A DNA stretch of 64,000 bases from Lama guanicoe (taxonomy: Eukaryota). The notes under the pieces were generated by a model. The model did not search any database and was not told the origin of the DNA. It worked only from the letters and a program-made list of their open reading frames with translations. How positions within the stretch are numbered: the first letter of the stretch is position 1; each line of letters begins with the position of its first letter. A program made the translations under genes and the position numbers. The stretch lies in the NCBI GenBank assembly GCA_013239625.1, contig MU053557.1, positions 5,467,842 through 5,531,841 on the forward strand, given 5' to 3'. This document shows, in pieces, positions 13,501-26,138 of the stretch.

Positions 13501-14732
13501 GGAATTAGGGTGTTCCAGAGCTGGGCTGTCTCAGGCCTTGGCAGTGGGTCAGCCTGGGGCAGGGCTGTCTCAGGACCAGCTCAGGTTCTGCTACAGCTTG
13601 GGACTGGCCTACCTCTGAGACGGGGTGGCTCTGGGCTGGGCTCTCTCAGGCCTTGGGATGGCCCCGGGCCGAGCTATCTCTGGCAGCTCGAGGCAGCTTG
13701 AGGTAGCTGAGACCTGGGCTAGCCCAAGCCCCGGGGCCTGCCCGAGGCCCACTGTGATGCTGGGAGCCCCCCACCCACAGGCCCTGCTGGTGTATAGCAT
13801 CGTCAAGTACCAGCCCTCAGAGTATGGCAGCTACCGCTTCCCAGCCTGGGCGGAGCTGCTGGGCATCCTGATGGGCCTGCTGTCCTGCCTCATGATCCCG
13901 GCCGGCATGCTGGTGGCTGTGCTGCGAGAGGAGGGCTCGCTCTGGGAGGTGAGTCTGCCCGACCCCTGCCTGCCCTCAGCCTCCCCGGCCTGTGGCCCTG
14001 CCCTGGGCCCACCCCCTAGGACACAAAATGTCTGCACCAACACCTTTTCCAGAAACTGCAGGGTTCTTTTTACCCAAAAAGCATTTTTTCCTAACGAGTA
14101 GCCTGAACTATGAATCAATTCAGATCTGCTGGGACTGTGGCAGCCCTGGGGGCTAGAGTCCTGCCCTGAGGCCCCTTACAACCTTCGGGGCCTGCAGGGG
14201 GGCGGGTTGCACAATCCAAAGACCACTGATGTTGGCCGATGCCCACATGTCTCGGGGGAACCTAAAAGGCCAAGGGGCTTATCCAGTGCCCCATGAGTTG
14301 GGCAGGGCTCAGGAATTGAACTCAGGCCCCTGGCTTCCCTGTGGAACTCAGGGTCAGAGACAATATTGAGGGACCCCAAAAGGTGGGCTGTCACTCTCCT
14401 GTGAGCAGGAGCCCTGCCCCACAGCCAGGGCTTTGTGGAGAGATCCAGAAAGCATCGAGCATGCAAGCTGTTTGGCATGGGGATCTGCAGGCTCGGAAGA
14501 GGGGAAGAGGGACCTTTTATGGGCCCGTGGACATGCTGTGATACTGTGTGGCCACTGGAGATCCCGCCCCTCTCTGAGCCTCAAGTGCCCTCTGCACACT
14601 GAGCCGTCCACTTCTGAGGCCTGGGTGTGGAGTCCTCTGGTAGCAAGAGGCTATCATAGTGAGCGGAGCTGAGCGAGCCTGCTAGGGGCCCAAAGACAGC
14701 CTTGGGACGGACGGACGGACGGACGGACAGAA

Positions 14733-14767
<35 letters not shown>

Positions 14768-17528
14768 CCTTCAGAGGTGTACAGGACCACTAGTACTGCT
14801 TTATCAGAGCTCATTGTTAAATATTCAGGAATGTTCTGAGCCAGCTGTTAAACCATTGTTGGCTTGAAATTGACGTCAGGCCTCTTGTGCCCCTTCACCC
14901 TCCTCCCCAGCCTGCTCACCAGCACACTACTGCCCCAACTCCTCTACACCCCACGGTTCCTCGGCTGTCCTTCAGCTTCTGGAGAGGGGCTCAGAGCCCT
15001 TCCTTGGGAGAAGTGGGCTGTGTTCACACAGCACGGACCACAGGGGAATCCTGGAGTCCAGCCGCTGCTCTGCCTCCAAGTGCTGTGTGACTTGAGGCAA
15101 ACCCCTTGCCTTCTCTGAACCTTAAGAGCCCCAACTGTGCTACTAAAGGAAACTCGTCTCCTTGCATGTGAGCCACGGTATCTGAGAAAGGAAGAAGGGA
15201 GGGATGTTGCTCAGGGTGGAGGCTCCAGCCCCCAGGAAGCTCATGGTTCCCAAGCCTTGCTTTGCCTCCCTCCCACCCTCCTGTCACCATCGCCCACAGC
15301 CAGGCTGAGGGGGCAGGTTTTGGGGGGACTGGTGAGCCTGTCAGAGGAGTCATTGCCCAGCTCAGGAGTGCCACCTTCAGAAACCAGGGTTCCGGCATGG
15401 ACACACCGGGATCGGAATCCTGGGTCTGCCACTTGCTAGCTCTGTGACCTTAAGCAAGTGAATGTACCTCTCTGAACCTTGCTTTCTCCTGTTCTTAAAG
15501 CGAGGACAGTGATACCTGCCCATAGGGTTGCTGTGAGAAGAAAAACTCATCAACATAGTACTGTGAGAGGCAGAAAAGCAGAGTATTTCTGAATTTTCAG
15601 AATGGGGTCAGACAGCCTAGATTCAAATGCCAGCACCACCATTTCCCACCTGTGTGACCTTGGCCAACTTAATGTCTCTGAATCTTACTTTCAGATAATA
15701 TCCATAGGGGTGGAGGTAATAATAATAAAAGTAATAACATCCCTCTCATAAAAATGCTGTAAGGATTAAATGAGCCCATACTTAGCACAGAGCTGGGACG
15801 TGGTAAGTGCTCGGTTTTAGGCCACTGGTTCTCACTTCAAAATCAGGGGGTGATTTTGCCCTCAGAGGACATTTGGCACTGTCTAAAGACAGTTTTGTTT
15901 GTCACAAGGGGATAGGGTTGGAGGGGGAATGCTACTGGCATCTAGAGGTCAGGGATCCCACTAAACACCCTTCATGGTACAGAGCAGCTCCCACAGCGGG
16001 GAGCCCTCCAGGTCAAAGTGTCAGCAGTGCTCTCGGATTGAGAAACCTTGGTAGGCACCAGTGTTCAGCAGGAAACAAATCTTTAAGCCCTTGCCCTCAA
16101 GGATTTTCATGCAAGAGACAGACAATAAACAAGTAAACACATGAAGGCAGTGGTAAGTGCAGTACTTAAAAGCAAACAAAATATGACAAAACCAGAGTAT
16201 AAGAACAGAGAGTGATGGAAGATGGTGTTCCCGCCAGGCTGACGGTGGGGGAGACCTCTGAGGAGGTGTCAGAGACCTGACTAAATCGCCAAGATGATTG
16301 GTTTAGACGTCTAAGGGGAGAGCATTCCAGGCAGAAGGACAGTCAGTGCAAAGGCCCTGAGGCAGGAAGGGCTGGCCGTTTTAAGGCCAGCAAGGAGGTC
16401 AGTGAGACTGGATCAGAGAGGGCGGAGAAGGAGTGACCAGAGCCAAGATCATGAAGATAACCGGGGGCAGGAGTATTTTGGATTTCAAATGAGACGAGAA
16501 GACTTTGGTAGGCTTCTGAGCAGCGGGGTAGCATACTCTCAATGCATTTTAGTGGGTATCACTGTGCTCTGAGTATGAGGCTGTGCTACGCCCTGGACTA
16601 GGGTACTGCTCACAGTATCTCCCATGGAATCTACACTCAGCAGGCTCTACTCCATGTTGGTTGTCTCCCTTCACTGAAGAGTCTGGGGCTCTTCTCCCTG
16701 GCAGGGCAGGCAGAGGGCTTTGGCAACGTGGTTTGAGGAAGACGGCCCTCGAATGTCCACGCTTAGTCATCATCTTAGTCAGCTCCCTCCTTTGGTGGAA
16801 ACTGGGGCTCGGAGAGGGAATGGTTAGCATCAGAGTCAGACTGAGGCAGAATGTCAGAGACCTGGAGGTCGGGGACACTCTGCCTCAGTCCTCCCTGTGC
16901 ACAGCTCCCTCCTCGGAGCTCAGGACTCAGCACTTAGGGGAGGGGACCCAGAGTGGACTTCTGGACTGACTGCCACGTAATCGTAACAAGAGCCACCGTT
17001 TACTGGGCCTTAGCTTGTTCCCAGCACCCTGCTGAGTGCTTCATTTTAGGGCCTCACTAACCACCTTTTAACGGCATCATGATTCCCAAGTTATAGATGC
17101 AGAAACAGAGCTTAAATTCTGTGCCCAGAGGCACCCAACTCGTGACTGGCAGGGCGGGATTCTCTCTAGGGATGTGACTTCCTCCCTTGGGGAAGTAGCA
17201 GTGCCCCTTCCTTTACCCCGGGTTGTTGCAAAGACTGAGCTGGGTGACGCGGTAAGGGTACTGCCCGGGAAGCACTCCGTGAGCTCTGGGTCTCATCGCT
17301 GTGGTTGCTCTGCTGCAGCGGCTCCAGCAGGCCAGCCGGCCAGCCATGGACTGGGGCCCGTCGCTGGAGGAGAACCGGACGGGCATGTATGTGGCCACGC
17401 TGGCCGGGAGCCAGTCGCCCAAGCCACTGATGGTGCACATGCGCAAGTACGGGGGCATCACCAGCTTCGAGAACACAGCCATCGAGGTGGACCGTGAGAT
17501 TGCAGAGGAAGAGGAATCCATGATGTGA
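4367..17528 (+). CDS. SLC6A7: SLC6A7 (Na+/Cl- dependent L-proline transporter PROT), spliced CDS exons 2-14; exon 1 upstream of window
   Basis: 13 GT-AG exons (184,132,235,139,135,104,125,113,132,100,101,168,210 nt) join in frame. SLC6 signature [15 protein letters not shown]-terminus [10 protein letters not shown]. Adding an 11-codon exon 1 (recalled from human) gives 636 aa. Confidence 0.97.
6071..6202 (+). CDS. SLC6A7: SLC6A7 exon 3 ([10 protein letters not shown]...ISPLFK)
   Basis: tcgcag|GC, AAG|gtgagg. Confidence 0.96.
6365..6599 (+). CDS. SLC6A7: SLC6A7 exon 4 (AGAAMLLIV...PSEEYW)
   Basis: cccag|GT, GAG|gtcagg; TM3, EL2 cysteines and NLT sequon. Confidence 0.96.
6690..7100 (+). mobile_element. 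MIR SINE fragments
   Basis: TTCTAATCCCAGCTCT...GTGAGGATTAAA...GCTCAATAAATG; second core at ~6940; approximate. Confidence 0.6.
8278..8416 (+). CDS. SLC6A7: SLC6A7 exon 5 (RYVLHIQGS...VKSSGK)
   Basis: ccacag|C, AAG|gtgaag. Confidence 0.96.
9786..9920 (+). CDS. SLC6A7: SLC6A7 exon 6 ([10 protein letters not shown]...LLSSK)
   Basis: tctcag|GTG, AAG|gtgagg. Confidence 0.96.
10030..10500 (-). mobile_element. Two MIR SINEs
   Basis: CCCATTTTACAGATGAAGAAAC...AAGGTCACA; approximate. Confidence 0.65.
10814..10917 (+). CDS. SLC6A7: SLC6A7 exon 7 ([14 protein letters not shown]...QNIY)
   Basis: ccacag|GTG, TAG|gtcagt. Confidence 0.96.
11020..11144 (+). CDS. SLC6A7: SLC6A7 exon 8 (DTFIVTLGN...QVAKA)
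   Basis: cggcag|A, CAG|gtgggc. Confidence 0.95.
11834..11946 (+). CDS. SLC6A7: SLC6A7 exon 9 (PGLAFVVYP...LGLDSQ)
   Basis: gcccag|GC, CAG|gtgagc. Confidence 0.95.
11978..12161 (+). repeat. Imperfect (TG)n tract filling most of SLC6A7 intron 9
   Basis: Direct reading. Confidence 0.9.
12202..12333 (+). CDS. SLC6A7: SLC6A7 exon 10 (FAFLETIV...VLTTD)
   Basis: ccccag|TTT, GAC|gtgagt. Confidence 0.96.
12817..12916 (+). CDS. SLC6A7: SLC6A7 exon 11 ([12 protein letters not shown]...TRVY)
   Basis: ttccag|GGC, ATG|gtgaga. Confidence 0.96.
13109..13209 (+). CDS. SLC6A7: SLC6A7 exon 12 (IQRFCRDI...SPATLL)
   Basis: gtgcag|GC, CTG|gtaacc. Confidence 0.96.
13781..13948 (+). CDS. SLC6A7: SLC6A7 exon 13 ([10 protein letters not shown]...GSLWE)
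   Basis: ccacag|GCC, GAG|gtgagt. Confidence 0.96.
14705..14764 (+). repeat. Compound microsatellite (GGAC)6-AGAAGG-(AC)15
   Basis: Direct reading. Confidence 0.95.
15395..15815 (+). mobile_element. MIR SINE fragments
   Basis: TGTGACCTTAAGCAAGT, TGTGACCTTGGCCAA, AGGATTAAATGAG; approximate. Confidence 0.6.
15823..16050 (+). mobile_element. MER20-like hAT-Charlie DNA transposon
   Basis: GGGGTGATTTTGCCC...GGACATTTGGCA...TGCTACTGGCATCTAG...GTCAGCAGTGC...TTGAGAAACC; boundaries approximate. Confidence 0.75.
16060..16560 (-). mobile_element. L2 LINE fragment
   Basis: AGACAGACAATAAACAAGTAAAC...GAGCATTCCAGGCAGAAGGACAG...TGCAAAGGCCCTGAGGCAGGAA; approximate. Confidence 0.65.
17319..17528 (+). CDS. 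SLC6A7: SLC6A7 exon 14 coding part (RLQQASRP...EEEESMM*)
   Basis: ctgcag|CGG acceptor; TGA at 17526-17528. Confidence 0.96.
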   Translation, partial: RLQQASRPAMDWGPSLEENRTGMYVATLAGSQSPKPLMVHMRKYGGITSFENTAIEVDREIAEEEESMM

Positions 17529-18987
17529 GACAGAAAGCAGGCAGACCAGAGGCCCTGCCATCCCCAAGCGTAGCTGTGCGCCCTCTGGGGTTCTGAGAGG
17601 CCTGAGGCTGTGCAAGGTTGCCATGGTGATGCCAGTTCTCGAAGCAAGTTCCTCTTTGTGGCCTCTGCCTCTCTTGAAACCTCTGTCTACCCCCCCCACA
17701 CACACACACCACCTGAGAATGAGACAGCACAGCCCTTCTCAGAAGGACAAACTGAAGCCAGGGAGGAGGGACTTGTCCAAGGTCACATGGCAGAGGGGAC
17801 TGGACCCCAGGCCTCCTGACTAGCCAGCTCCCTTTCTCCTGTGGCAGCTGGCACCTCCCTCTCATCTCTGTTCAGGGCTCAGCCCCCTCCCTTTTCTCAG
17901 GGAGCCTGCCCCATACAATTCAACGCAGCCAGAATCTTAAGCCAGGCGGGGATGCTCAGGATGTCATGAGGCCGTTGAGGCCCCAGGCATTGAAGATTAG
18001 CAAATCGAGTGGGAGAAAGATCCTGGTGGGTTCATATGTATGTGCACAAGTGCCAGGTTTTCTGAAAGACGTGGGACCTGAGGGCCCTGGAGGTTGGACA
18101 AGTTTGGAGAGAGAGAGAGGAGGGCAGTATGGAGAGGGCCTCTGGCCAAGGCACTGACCCAACCCAGGTGTGAAGGTCAGAATGTAGCCCCCTTCTCTTC
18201 CCCTGGGGCCAGGAGGCGCCCTGGGGAGAGACCAAGGGCATGTGAGCAGGGGGAGTGGAGGGAGAAACAGGTGTTACCAGGTTACAATAGGATTCAAGTG
18301 GGAATGAAGATTGATGGTGGGTTGGGGGGAGCCGGGGACGGGGGTGGAGTGCGGGGTGGAACAGAGGGGACGTGGTGGAGGTGGGAGGCCTGCAGAGGGC
18401 CAGTGCCCAAGCTTGGGCATTAACGGGTGGGGCTGGGGAAAGAAGGAGAAGCCCACAGCTTCCCTCTCTGGACCCCATACCCTCCAGGGAGGGAGGCCTG
18501 CCCTGCACCGTGGCGGTGGGAACGAGGGGTCACAGTCGGAACCCAGGGCCCCTCTCTCCCCTTCTCCCTTGTCCTGGTGGCCCTCAGTGTCTCCTCCAGC
18601 TGCAGGAGGAAGTGACCTTGGCTGTGGACGATCAGGCAACTAAGAGACTCGGAGATGGTCCACACACATGGCTGTCTGGTCCCAGTGCTGCCCCCTCTAC
18701 TACAGCGCGGGGCCCTGGGCATGGACAGGAGGGTGGAGGCAGAGAGCAGAGGGCAACCGACCCCCCAGGCCTATGACCAGAGACCTTGGCATCTCAACCC
18801 CCAGGCAAAGGAGGGGCTGCCCTGGGGACCCTCCTTCCCTGAGAGATGAGGGTGGGGTGGGAAAATGCCTGAGCAGCCTGCTGGGGGGGAGGTGGGGGTG
18901 GTGCTGGCGGCCAGGTCCAGCTGTCAGCCTCTGCGATCTGTCTCCTGGTGTCTCCCCAACTCATCCATGTTCTGTTGGTTTATTGTT

Positions 18988-18993
18988 AATAAA
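18988..18993 (+). terminator. Likely SLC6A7 polyadenylation signal (alternative AATAAA at 19581-19586)
   Basis: First AATAAA seen after the stop (~1.46 kb downstream), preceded by a U-rich stretch. Confidence 0.7.
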
Positions 18994-21900
18994 CGCCAAT
19001 GAGGTCATCTTCCTTACCCTGTCTCCTCGCTGCTGCGAGCCACAAGGTAGGCAATGGAGCTTTCTGGCTCCCATTGGACAGATCAGGAAACTGAGGCTTA
19101 GCTGCCTCCTTTCCTGACTCTCCTGCCTTGCGACACTTGCTCTGCCATTTCTCTGTGGCAGTGGTGGGTGTGTGGGGCTGAGGACGGATGATGAAGAAGA
19201 TGAGGAAGGCCCTTAAAGACCGCCTGGTCGCTTACACATATGGGCAAACCGAGGCCCATGGAGGGGAAGAGATTTGCTCAAGGTCACCCAGCGGTGGCAA
19301 CCCTGGCCCTCCAGCAGTCTCCTCCCCCTGGCCGGCTGCCCTCCTTCCCTCTCCAGCCCTTCCCCAGCCTTACCTGTGGCTGCAGCGGGAGCTCCAAGAG
19401 CAGGATTGGGAGGAGCCAAGAGTTTCCCAGGCTGGAAGAATTTCCTGGTTCTACCCACTCCCTCCTGGCGGGACCTTGCCAATATAAAAGGGCCCGGGGC
19501 CTTTCAAATGCGAGACCCAGGTGTTTGCAAGGCCTTTGATTGGGGGTGGAGAGGAAGGGCCACTGCATATTTCGGATATTAATAAATTTCCCCTAACAAA
19601 GGACCAGGGCCCCCTCCTGCCCCACCTTTGTTTGGGGCTCTAGGTAGGGGAAGAGAGATGGGTTTGCTAATTTGCAGAGGATGCAGGAATGGACTTCACA
19701 ATTCAGGGTGCTTCTTCCCACACCACGGGCACAGGCTCCAGCCTTGCTCACAGAGCCCTGAGTGCCCAGCCTTCTCAGAGCCACCTCTGGCCTGGGAGGA
19801 GGCGCTCTTTGGGCCTGCGCTAGGACAGAGCCCAGGCCAGGGATCTGGCCTGGTGAGGACCCCTCACCCAGCCTCATGGCTGCAGCTGGGTGTCCTGAAA
19901 ATCAGGAATGGAGGATCCTAGGAGTCTACGCCTCTCTCCCCCCAGATTCTGAGTCTCCACTCCGATAGGAGGCTTCTAGGCGTCTACAGACCACCAGCCT
20001 CAGCTCCCCTGCCTTGTTTCCTCCTGCCTCCGCTTCCCCTGCTCGCCGCCCTGTGGTTCCCGGACTGCCCGCCCTGGCCCAGTCTTCCAGTCTGTCCGGC
20101 TTTTCCCATTTCCCATTTCCGCTGTTCCCGACAGTCTTCCTTGCCACACCACACTACTCCTCCTGTTGCCTGCGCCATCTCCCGGCTACTTCCGTCCTGG
20201 GCCCCATATTGATGCCAGATCTCCCTGCTCATGCCAGACTGCAGTGGGAGCGGACTGGGGACCAGGGACCTGCAGCTGGAGGAATCCCTAACAGAGATGT
20301 CAGTCCTGTCTGGAGTAGAACCCCGGGCTGGAATCCTAGAATGTCTTAGTGGGTGCCAAACCCAAGCATCTACAGGGCCGGGCAGGGACCCCGGGCGAGC
20401 AAAGCTGTTGGTGTGAGTGGGAGAGTAAGTGGCAACTGAGCCTTTGTGAGTGCTGGAGGGCCTAGAGGAAATGGCGGGGACTGTGGTGAGCTGGGGGAGG
20501 GAGCCTCTCTTAAGGGGTGTGACCCCTCAGAAGTGTGGGCCCATGTTGCCAGATATCCTGACTCTTTAAGAGAATTTTTATGAGACATTTCCCATTTTTA
20601 AATGTGGACAACTCATTCAGAAGACGTAAAACATCATGGCTCCGTTAGGGCCTCCTGTCTGTCTGTCTGTGCAGGCCAACTGCTCAGCAGACATAGGGGC
20701 TTAGCAGTCAGAGAGGTAGGGCTTGCCTAGGGTTCCACGATGTGATTGTGCTACAGCTGAAGCCAGGCCCAGAGCTCCCCACCCCCTCTCAGGGCTCTGC
20801 TTCCTGTCTCAGCTTATTTCTGTGTCTATGGACCCCTAACCCTGGGAGGCTGGTTGGGTTTCTGAGAGACAGGGTATGTGCCTGGCTGGGGTGTGGTGGA
20901 GGGGTGCCCTGGGGCCCTCCATTCCTGTTCTGGGACCTACCAGAAAAGGTGTTCTCTTGGGCAATGCTGGGAGGCACTGAGACTGTGTCCTGGACCATCT
21001 GCAGTGACTTCCAGCCTACGATCAATGAGAGCAAATGGGGGTAGGGGTGGAGCAGAGGAGAGACTCCTGGCTACACTATCGGGGCCAGCCATATTCCCAA
21101 GGTCAAGTGAGGGTCAACAGACAACTTGGGGGGTCACACAGGTTACCTTGGTGCTTGGTCCTCATTAAGCCCTGCCGCTTCTGTTCCCCTCCACCACCCC
21201 AGCCAAGTTCATCTCTGCCTGGTTCCCTGAGCAGGTCCAGGCTCTCTGACCCGGTGTCTTCCCCATCCACTCGTTGGAATCCTGCCCGTCCTTTTAGGGT
21301 CCACCTCCATACACTCTCCAGCCCCCACAGGTGTGGACTCCTAGGGTCTTCAGGGGGCTGACTCAGCCCTACATCTGCTGAGCTGTGAGCGCAGGGCACT
21401 CACGGTCTTCTCAAACAGCCCACTTCCTTCCCATGCAGTTAAGACCCTTATACCACACTCCTTGGACCCCAGAGTGCTTGGGGCAGCAGCAGGCACCATG
21501 GGCGGGGCGGGGCGGCACTGCTCAGCCTCACAGACCTGGGTTCATTCCCAGCTCTGCCCCTCCTGGCTATGTGGCCTTGGAGACCCACAGTGCCAGTTCA
21601 TAGCTTTGCAGGATGCAGCATCAATCAGAAAGCAGTTTGTTGGTGGCTCTGAGGACAGCCAGCGAAGGGTTAAGAGTCCCAGCCCCTCCAAATTCCACGT
21701 GACCCTCCCTGTCTGCTTCTGCGGTGGACACTGCTCTCCCGACTCATTTTTTGCTGGTGGCTCATGGAAAGTTTGGCTCCTTGAACTCCAGACCACTCCC
21801 TCTGGGGCCCGAGGCTTCGCTGACGCAGGTCCTGCCCTGGAAGGGCGTCCAGGGCCGCCTCCCGCCTAGGAGCACCCCTGCTCTCTCTCCACCCGCCTCA

Positions 21901-23034
21901 CTTCCTGCTGCCTGACCTTCTCCTCCAGGACGGAGCAGCCCGCTCTCTCTGGCCACATGGAGGCCGCCTCCCAGTACCCCCATCCAGGACCATTTTTTAT
22001 TGGGGGGGAATAAAGCCTTTTCCCACTAAAGTCCACGGCACCTGTGAGCTGCATCCCTGGAGTGTCGTAGCGGGTAGGAGCCCAGGTCATCCGCTGGTCA
22101 GAGCCTAATCTCTGCTCCATTGCTCACTGGCTGTGTGAGCAGCTGAATCTACTTTCCCTCTCTGAACCCAGGTGTCCTCCGATGTAAAAGGGAAGAATAA
22201 CTCTCCCCTGGCAGGGGATTAAATGAAATAATATAGCTGCTTGATGCATATTTAAAAAAAATGATCAGAGTTCTTAGCATAAAATGTGGTGGCAGGTAGA
22301 AATTCTCCAGGTGGGACGGTTCTCATGAGCCTGCTGTCCCTTGTACAGATAAAGAAACGGGCCCAGCTCCTGCTTCCAACCAAGCTAGGGAGAAGGAGGG
22401 TGGTGTGCTTGGAGCCAGAGACAGCCCAGGGCAGAGGCCTAGGGCTTGCTGGCACCTTCCAGCTTCATGGCAAGGTGCCTTGGAGGCTAGACCAGCGTCC
22501 TCGTCAGTAAGATGAATGGGTTGGGAAGGAACCTTGTGCCTTGGGGAAGAGCTGTGGGCAGAGGAAGCCCTGTGTCCCCACCTGCCCAATGAAGCCTTTT
22601 CTTGGGGACCATGCCATGGAGAGCGTCACGGGGGCACCGCCTCTTTGGAGCCATGTTCAGGGATTATCTCCTCTTGCTGGATGGAGTTCATGAGTAGGAG
22701 CCAGGGTGATTGCTCCAGTGAGCTGGGATGCCCTGCCAAACCAGTAGGAGGTGGGGGATGTGGGGTGGGGGAGAGGGGAAGGGGACAGGAATGAAATCCT
22801 CTGGACCTCAAGCCTTTCTCTGACCTTGACTCTGCTGACCCAGGGTCAGCGTCTTAGAGTTTTGGGGCTTGGGGTGCGGGAGTCCGAGGCAGGGGAGGGG
22901 CCAATGGTCAATATTGATCTAGCTGAGTCAGGGGAGCAGGATGGGGAAGCGGGAAGCCTGGGGTGGGGCCTGCTGATAACTGGATCCTCTAGCTCCCAGC
23001 GTGACTGTGGGAACCAGGGAAGGGGGGTGCTCGA

Positions 23035-23195
23035 ATTCCCAAACTGGGTCCTTTCTAAAACTACGGCTGCCTGGAGCCCTGCCCAGCCCTAATGTTTCCT
23101 ATTCCCTGAGGGTGCAGCCTGAAACATCTGTATTTTTAGCAAACTCCCTGGGTGATTCTGAGCAGCCGGCCCAGTTCCCGTATTTGGGGACCACA
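23035..23195. mobile_element. MER5A-like DNA transposon fragment
   Basis: ATCTGTATTTTTAGCAAACTCCCTGGGTGATTCTGA core; approximate. Confidence 0.55.
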
Positions 23196-26132
23196 GGTTC
23201 ACCCCTGTTGTAATATGAGGAAACTGAGGTCAAGAGAGGGAAAGTAACTCACCCAAGGTCACAATGGGCAAGAAAGATGATAATCCTCCACCCCTTTTTT
23301 GAGGGGGAAGGGATAGTCCACTTGTAGATAACTCCATCTACCCCCGCTGTGGCCCAGGGCCCTGGAAGGGATGCCTGCCCAGAGGGAAGTGGCCTCTGAG
23401 ACCTTGGCAGGCCCAGGTGGAGAAGGGAGGGTGGGGCTTATCCTAGGAGGAAGGATGAGGAGAGGGGGCCATTCCCACAGGTCTGGACCTGCCCCACCTT
23501 GCCCTATTCAAACACTCCCTGCACCTGCTGGAGGATGTTCCATAGAAGACTTACTATGGCCTGGGTCTGGGGAAAGCCATTGGCATTGCTGGGACCCACA
23601 TGTATCCTGGAAAAGCATGCCCCCAGCACGGTAGATTCGGGGCACTCTCTGGCTTCCAACACTTCTGGCCTCTTCTCCCCCAGCCCCACCTGACCCACTG
23701 TTCTGGGCTCTCAGCCCAGCTCTGGCATGCACTCTCCTCCCACACCTCAACCTGTTGAGCATCCACACAAATCCTCCCCAGAACTCCCAGTTGCTGCCAC
23801 GCCCTTCCTGCCGCTTCTTCTGGCTCCAGGGCAACCTTTGCACCTTCAGGTGCAGCCCTCACCCTAGCCTGCCCTGAGTGCTGGTTCTCACCCTCTGGGG
23901 TGGCATCAGGGATTCCTGGAGACAAGCGACAGGATAGCTCATCTCTGAGTCCTCCACGGAGCCCAGCTGGCTGCAGCATCCCCTAGCAGGTGTTCCGAGT
24001 GGTTACAATTCTGAATCTCACTTCCTTCCCTGGGGCATTTTGGGCAGGTGCCTTCACTTTCTGCACCACAGTCTCCTTGTTCATGGAATGATGAGAATAG
24101 TAGTGCCCAGCAGAGGGGTGAACTGATGGTCACAAGAGCGCATAGAAAGGAGGTTGGGTGTGCCTGGCACACCATGTTAAATGCTCACCATTGTTATTGC
24201 AGAGGTGGGTGGGATGCTCCTACCCCTGCAGCGTCCACCCCTCTTCACTCCAGCAGCACACATTTGTCAGGGGTCTGCTCGGGGCAAGGATGTTGGTACC
24301 TGCTGCGTGCATCCTGAGCATGGACAAAATGCTCACCGCCTTCAAAGAGCACACGGTTTGGCAGACACTTGCTCAGGTGACTTCAAATCAGTGAGGTGGG
24401 TAGGGGGGTTCTGGAGCCCAAAGAGGGACCTAACACAGTACGTGCTGGGAGAAAGGGGGGCTTCCCGGAGAAGGTACTGAAGCGGTGTCCTAAAGGGTGC
24501 GGAGGCGTTGCTATGCACTGAACAAGGAGTAAGAGGGAAGCCAGCCCTCTGCAGTGAGTTTTGGGGTAAATGGGCACTGAGGTGGGTGAAGACTGCAGGT
24601 GGAGACTAGAGACGAGGCAGCAGCTGGAAGGGACAGGAGTTAAACAGAGAGGGTTCCTGAGAATCCCAGCCACTGTTTGCTGGCCCTCCAGAGACAGGGA
24701 AACCCACACTGGGGCCCTGGAGCACCTAGAGGGAACAGAGCTCTGCGTGTGCAAGTCCTGGCTCTTTGTCGTGCAAGAAGCCTCTTTGCCTTTGAGTCTC
24801 ATTTTCTTCATCTTCAGAACAGGGCTGTTGTAACTGGGACAAGAATTGTGAAAGCACTTTGTGAACGACAAACAATCATGCTCCTGTGAGATAATAATAG
24901 TGTTTTAAGTGGAGCCGGCACTTTTGAGGTCCACTGGGAGCTCCCAGAGCTTACTTAGTGGGCTCACAGAACCCCGAGCCTCCATGACCTGCTCCTGCCC
25001 TGCCACCTGCTGGCAAATGTCTGCAATGGCAGCCCAAGTCTCAAGTCCTTCCTCCTGCCCAGGCGGGAGATCCCAGGACACATGAAGGCTGAGGTCCAAG
25101 CAGTTCTGGTGCTGACATGCCAGGCTCCAGGGCAAGAGTGCAAGTGGAAGCCCTAAGTCCCTCTGAGACCCATCCCCTTGCCCTTTTCAGCAAGGGCCTC
25201 ACATGTGCAAGGGGCACAACCCCACAGACATGCCCCCTGGCCGCCTCCCATGCCAGCAGCCAGGATAGACCAGGAGAGAGAGCGGCTGGTGTGGGAATCC
25301 TGGAGCATGGTCTGGACAGGACCTTAGGCTTCAGAAGACACAGCCCCCAGCGCTGTGAAATCAGTCCTCTTTGGTGAGGGGATGGCTTACAATGAGCAAC
25401 TCATCTGGTTAGCCTGGGACTGCTGGTTTCACACTGGAAATTACATGTCAGCAAACAGGATGGGTGGCCAGTCACCCTGTCGTGGCCTGAGGGGGCCGAA
25501 GCCTCTGCATCACCACCCTGGCTCAGCCTGAGCAGCTTGGGCTCAGGGAACCAAAGCAGCCTCTAATGCGGCAGTGGCCTCCCTTCCCCCGTGGAGCCTC
25601 TCACGCCGTCCCTCTCTCCAGCCCCAAGGCCCCCGCCCCAGGCACTCTGTCGCAGACAGTCTGTGGGAAGAGGCCCTTCCCTCAACCCCTCTACAGGGGC
25701 TCTGAATCCTGGGGGCTTGTCTGTGAGACTGGGTGGAGGAAACAGAACGGGTGGGGAGGGACTTTTGGAAAAACCGCCTCACTGTACAAGGAAACCGAGG
25801 CCTGGAGGAGAAGAGCCTTGTCCCTGGCCACTGAGGGAGACTCCGCTGTTGGCTGTTGGTGGCAACCCATGTCCACCCCTTGCTCTAGTAAGGGCACCTC
25901 GTGCGCCTGAGAGGCAGCCAGCCCCATCCCTGGCTCTGAGGCTGGGGCACGCGGTCCGAGCATAATCCCACACTGATTGGCTCAGCCTTGAGCATGTGAC
26001 CAAGTGGGTCCAATCAGAATGAAGACCTGGGCTTTTATTTCGCAACTGGAGAGATCTAGAACAGGAAATACTCTCCCAGGGCCCTGCTTGACCGAGACAG
26101 GGAGACAGTGAGGGCACAGAAGTTTGTAGCTA

Positions 26133-26138
26133 TTTATT
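26133..26138 (-). terminator. CAMK2A distal polyadenylation signal
   Basis: - strand GTGCAATAAATAGCTACAAACTTCTG followed by U/GU-rich sequence; second AATAAA at 26039-26034. Confidence 0.85.
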
